From Octopus bimaculoides (taxonomy: Eukaryota): a DNA stretch of 42,569 nt. A model generated the notes under the pieces. The model saw nothing but the letters and a program-made list of their open reading frames with translations, was not told where the DNA came from and searched no databases. The position numbers were made by a program, and so were the translations under genes. Location: assembly GCF_001194135.2 (NCBI RefSeq), contig NC_068993.1:48264195-48306763 (forward strand). The letters are read 5' to 3'. Shown here piece by piece: positions 37,356 to 42,569 of the stretch (within the stretch, counting starts at the first letter, position 1; every line of letters starts with the position of its first letter).

Positions 37356-38099
37356 TAGAATTTAGGCTAGCTGAAATATGTGACAGACACATTTCAACTG
37401 CTAAAAGGCAAATACACTGCAGTTACCGTGGAGGAAAAAGTCTGTCTTATGATAAATCCAAAAAATAGAATAAGAACGTAACAGACGACAATAAACATAT
37501 ACGGACAGATAGACAATACAAAACACAGATCATTCATGGCCTTCTATTTATCAGTCAAGTTTCCAAATTATCTTTACAGTTTCGACCAGTTGCACTAGAG
37601 ACTGTACAAAGTTGACTGGCCCCAAAAATCTAAGTTAAGAGCATTAAATTTTTGGAAGAAAGCAAGCGATTGTGTACAACACAGACAAAAGAAAACCCCA
37701 GAAAATGGAGGAAATATTACACGATTACATATACAAACAACAAGAGCATAACAACAGGTGTCTTTCGACTAATAAGGACGAATCAAGTTGATCTGACGTG
37801 TGGAGTAAAAGCCTTGAGGCACAAATATAGATGAAAGTCAGGATACAGGAAAATTAGAGGTGGTGAACGGACGGTGGTCGGGCCAAGAAAGAAAAATTAT
37901 GCTTGGCTGAACACCGGTCACGTGGAAGGGAAAGAGAGAGGTAAGGGGCACAGGAGTTGAAGATTTAAGCGAGGAGCTAGTGAGAGGGAGAGAGAGGAAG
38001 GGATAGAAGGAAAGGTACAAGGGAGATAAAGAAGGGAAGTAGAGAGATCAAAGAAAGAGAATGCCAACGTAACGTAACAGGTCGGAGAAAAGAAAGGTC

Positions 38100-38215
38100 A
38101 GAATAAGTACTAGACATAAAGCATAAATGCTAGGATCGATTCCTTCGACTGAAACACTTCAAAGTGATGCCCCATCGTGACAACAGTGATAGGACTGAAG
38201 CAAATAATTAAAAAC
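38100..38215 (+). mobile_element. SINE family A tail, diverged
   Basis: AATAAGTACTAG...GGATCGATTCCTTCGACT...GACTGAAGCAAATAA resembles the family A 3' end. Confidence 0.5.
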
Positions 38216-38425
38216 ATCTTTAAATATAAACGCGACAGTCATGGCTTGAATGCCTTTCGTGATAGAATGTACTCGACCAGGATTGGCTTGGGGTTAAACA
38301 CCAACAACCGCAATAATGTAGATAAGATAACGTGTTAGACATCATTCCTACTTTAACAAAATTTATTTTTCATAACGATGGACAGCCCTCCTGCCGACGA
38401 AAGTGCCCATTATTATTGCACTCAC

Positions 38426-38566
38426 CGTACATCCCAGATCTTTTTCAGATATATTAAAGACATCCCAGACCCCTTTTCCGATATATTGGAAACGTTTCAA
38501 ATATTGGTTGGTTGCATTAAAATTCAACAAACGCTGATGGAAATAAACTTCGCTTTGAAAAGGATC
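38426..38566 (-). CDS. Candidate internal coding exon of an unknown gene
   Basis: CTCTCAAACAG acceptor, 141 nt open in phase 0-0 (DPFQSEVYFHQRLLNFNATNQYLKRFQYIGKGVWDVFNISEKDLGCT), and ACG|GTGAGT donor. No homology recognised. Confidence 0.3.
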
Positions 38567-39004
38567 CTGTTTGAGAGACATTGCTGCTTTTGTAAGCTAG
38601 CTGAATCACCGGCTTAAATATTTTATTAGAATTTCTTCTTCGTGGTTGACTAATAGAATTCCGGCATAGATCTTTGTAAAATGTGAATTGGATATATCTT
38701 TGTATCTCAAGGAGAGTTCGCTGATATTTAAATACTGCTCCACATAAATTATGAATATGCAAAATCATGAACGTTATTATTATAGAGGGTCACGTTGTCT
38801 TTGATATATATATATATGTGTAAATAGAAAGAACGAAAGGTAGATAGAGAACCTGATATATAGTTAAATATACACACAAATATATATGTATGTATCTGTG
38901 TGAGTGCATCTTTTATCTTTTGCCTGTTTCAGTCATTGGACTAAAGGCATGCTGACTCACCGGCACACACACACACATATATATATGTATATTAACATAT
39001 GTGC

Positions 39005-39072
<68 letters not shown>

Positions 39073-39384
39073 NNNNNNNNNNNNNNNNNNNNNNNNNNNN
39101 NNNNNNNNNNNNNNNNNNNNNNNNNNNNNNNNNNNNNNNNNNNNNNNNNNNNNNNNNNNNNNNNNNNNNNNNNNNNNNNNNNNNNNNNNNNNNNNNNNNN
39201 NNNNNNNNNNNNNNNNNNNNNNNNNNNNNNNNNNNNNNNNNNNNNNNNNNNNNNNNNNNNNNNNNNNNNNNNNNNNNNNNNNNNNNNNNNNNNNNNNNNN
39301 NNNNNNNNNNNNNNNNNNNNNNNNNNNNNNNNNNNNNTATATATATATATATATATGTATACAGTGTACATTTAAACACATAAG

Positions 39385-39680
39385 AGGTATGGCTGTGTTG
39401 TAAGTAACTTGCTTACAAACCACGTGGTTCTGGATTCAGTCCCACTGCGTGGCACCTTGCTGTACTCTTTCACCACAACTTTCTTTCACTCTTTCTTCCT
39501 GTTTCTGGTGTACATGTATTTCAAAGGAGCCAGCCTTATCACACTCTGTGTCACGCTGAATATCCCCGAGAACTACGTTAAGGGTACACGTGTCTGTGGA
39601 GTGCTCAGCCACTTGCACGTTAATTTCACGAGCAGGATGTTCCGTTGATCAGATCGACTGGAACCCTCATCGTCGTAACC
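39385..39680 (+). mobile_element. Chimeric SINE: family A head fused to family C body
   Basis: 39385-39458 matches the family A head. From 39459 onward the sequence is near-identical to 29228-29450. Confidence 0.88.
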
Positions 39681-39880
39681 GTTTCCGTCATTTGACTGCG
39701 GCCATGCTGGAGTACCGCCTTTAGTCGAGCAAATCGACCCCAGGACTTATTCTTCGTAAGCCTAGTACTTATTCTATCGGTCTGTTATGCCGAACCGCAA
39801 AGTTACAGGGACGCAAACACATCAACGTCTGTTGTCAAGCGATGTTGGGGCGACAAACACAGACTCACAAACATACACAC
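39681..39880 (-). mobile_element. SINE family A 3' half, tail-to-tail with the chimera
   Basis: GTCATTTGACTGCGGCCATGCTGGAG...GACAAACACAGAC matches 21209-21390. Confidence 0.9.
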
Positions 39881-39887
39881 ACACACG

Positions 39888-39938
<51 letters not shown>

Positions 39939-40113
39939 ATATAGGATAACATTTTTATAAGAATTTATCAAGTAGTCAGCGTGAAAAAAACCTCATAATG
40001 AAAAAAAACTCATAATTTTTTTCCATAAATATATATANNNNNNNNNNNNNNNNNNNNNNNNNNNNNNNNNNNNNNNNNNNNNNNNNNNNNNNNNNNNNNN
40101 NNNNNNNNNNNNN

Positions 40114-40174
<61 letters not shown>

Positions 40175-40879
40175 TACACACACACACATGTGTGTGTATG
40201 TATGTGTGTGTGAACCAAAGTACAGAAAATGCAATAATTTTATTTCAACTTTAGGATGGTTCCTTGAGCATGACATAGAGAAAAAGTTTATTGTATAATA
40301 TATAAATCCTATGTAATGTTAAGATAAAGGCGGCGCCTTCCATTCAGGAAGAACGTTGAGATTTTGATAGCATATACGGCATGAAAACCGGGTAGCCCAT
40401 GTTATGAGTCCTGGGTCTTGAGAAAAGAAACAGCTTAGTTACTGTGAATGATCACGGTTGGTATACCTTTCGGCATAGAATCAATTGTTCGTTCAGTCAG
40501 CTTGACCTGGGGTTAAACACTTACAAAAACAACAACCAACAACGATAAATATAAAGAGAAACAATATCCTGCTACCTGCTGCTACTGCCAATGGTTGGTT
40601 GCTCCCCCACCTTACACGCTGTCGTCGGCGCTCGCCACCAAGGTTTAAATATTTAAACAAACAGTTAAACCACTATGAGTCACTCTGTCACGTGATCACT
40701 GATAGAGCCCATCTAACGAATAGAAATTAATCAATCGAGAAAAGAACGTTATCACTTGGATAACAATTCTCTTTTCATCTTCTTGGGTTGCTACTTTGAA
40801 ATCAACTCCCAACCAATCGCCGCCACCGCACCAATCCTCAATACTGTTTCCTTCCATTCTTATTTGCCTTCTACCTCTC

Positions 40880-40963
40880 CTTCGTTTTCTTTTATTACTT
40901 TGTCTTCTTGTTCGTCATCTTCATCGCCATCATCGTCTTCATCATTTCCTTCTTCTTCTTCTT

Positions 40964-41058
<95 letters not shown>

Positions 41059-41379
41059 CTGTCACCATCATTGTCATCATCGTCAACATCGTCATCTTAA
41101 TTATTGTCATCATTATCATCATCTTCTCTTCTTCTTCTTCTTCTTCTTCTTCTTCTTCTTCTTCTTCTTCTTCTTCTTTTTCTTCTTCTTCTTCTTCTTC
41201 TTCTTCTTCATTTTCATCGTCATTGTCATCATCAACAACGTCATCGTAATCATCGTCATCTTAATCATTGTCATCATCATCATCATCATCTTCTCTACCA
41301 TCTTGTTCCGCTATTCTACCACCAGCACCACCACCACCACCACTACCACGACTACTACCACCACTACTACCACCACAAA

Positions 41380-41418
<39 letters not shown>

Positions 41419-41635
41419 ACTTCCTCCTCTCGATTTGGTAGTTTTTGTTGTTTTATCTTCCCCTTTTCCTTCTACCTTCACATCACATTTTACTTCTCGT
41501 CTGTCTCATCTTCATATTTTCTTCTCTTCTCCCCCTAACACCACCACAACTGCCTTTCTTCTTCTTCTTCTTCTTCTTCTTCTTCTTCTTCTTCTTCTTC
41601 TTCTTCTTCTTCTTCTTCTCCTTCTTCTTCCTCCT
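40880..41635. repeat. Compound trinucleotide tract (TCT)n-(TAT)n-(CAT)n-(TCT)n-(CAC)n-(TAC)n-(TCT)n
   Basis: Directly visible; source of the 304-aa homopolymer ORF. Confidence 0.95.
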
Positions 41636-42169
41636 CTTAAACAAAATATATTCTTTGTTCTTTTCACTGTCGTTATCCATCAACTTATTCCTTTTATAAA
41701 TTTCTTATAGCAGGACATGTATTTATTTCTCAATCTATATATTATTTTAGTTTTACCTTGCTCAAAAAAAAAATATATATAATTCAGTGTCGACAATAAT
41801 TCTCAATTTCTTCCAATTTCAAATAAAATAAAATGAAAGAAAATGATATTTTTGAACAAATAATAGATGGTAAGATTTAAGGAGAAAAACAGCCAGTTCC
41901 AACCTGGATAGGGGTGCGGAGGGGACTGGCAACGAAAAAGAGTTGAAAACGAGTTGAAGTGGAAATGCTGGTTATTGAGTGAAAGTGAGCGAAAATATTG
42001 AAATTTCAAATGTGCAGATTACGCACACACACGCATGCGCATTCATACGTGCACGCACATGCGCACATACACACACAGGTACGCGCGCATACAATCACAC
42101 ACACACACACACGTGCATGCATATATGCACGCACATACTCATACACACAAATGCACAAGCATAGACGTA

Positions 42170-42200
<31 letters not shown>

Positions 42201-42441
42201 TCGCTTGCAAACACAAGCATATATACGTGTACGCACGCACTTACACACACACGCACTTACACACACATACAGACATACTTACAAACATAAAGTATATACA
42301 TACGAACGTACATACGAATGTATGTATGTATATATGTATGTATGTATATGTGTGAACAGACAGACTAGCAGGCTAACAGTGTGAAACACACCATCCATAC
42401 ACACACATTAACTAACACACACACACATAAACGTAAGTTTA

Positions 42442-42484
<43 letters not shown>

Positions 42485-42523
42485 ATATATATTATTGTAT
42501 ATACATATATACATATATCCATG

Positions 42524-42569
<46 letters not shown>

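Noticed and set aside
38520-38566. EVYFHQRLL resemblance to exostosin/GT47-type motifs
   Set aside because: The similarity is limited to about 9 residues and downstream residues do not follow the pattern; no product assigned.
40796-41710. 304-aa ORF and overlapping homopolymer ORFs
   Set aside because: Entirely trinucleotide microsatellite; several frames are open for the same trivial reason.

Overview
AT-rich, repeat-saturated animal genomic DNA from a draft assembly. Thirteen N-gaps total about 5.8 kb and almost all are bounded by (TA)n, (TG)n or (GATA)n. The tRNA-derived SINE families look like those of Octopus (my recognition, not a database result). No complete or confidently identifiable host gene, RNA gene or CRISPR array is visible, so the window reads as intergenic DNA or a large intron. 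Nearly all long ORFs in the track are microsatellite or N-gap artefacts. Well-supported structures: (1) an internally deleted hAT transposon (4055-6598; TIRs, 8-bp TSD) with a full-length DD34D mariner (4563-5819; TA TSD) nested in it, whose removal restores the hAT reading frame; (2) a truncated Tc1-like element with DD36E spacing (7440-8205); (3) R4/Dong-like LINE fragments sitting in (TAA)n tracts; (4) L2/CR1- and RTE-type LINE relics; (5) many tRNA-SINE copies, including inverted pairs and chimeras; (6) a 240-bp Tc1/mariner MITE; (7) an old 33-bp tandem array (about 22 units) that can be read as an 11-aa repeat. A few orphan protein-like or exon-like segments (21.6-22.7 kb, 33.0 kb, 38.4-38.6 kb) are unresolved.
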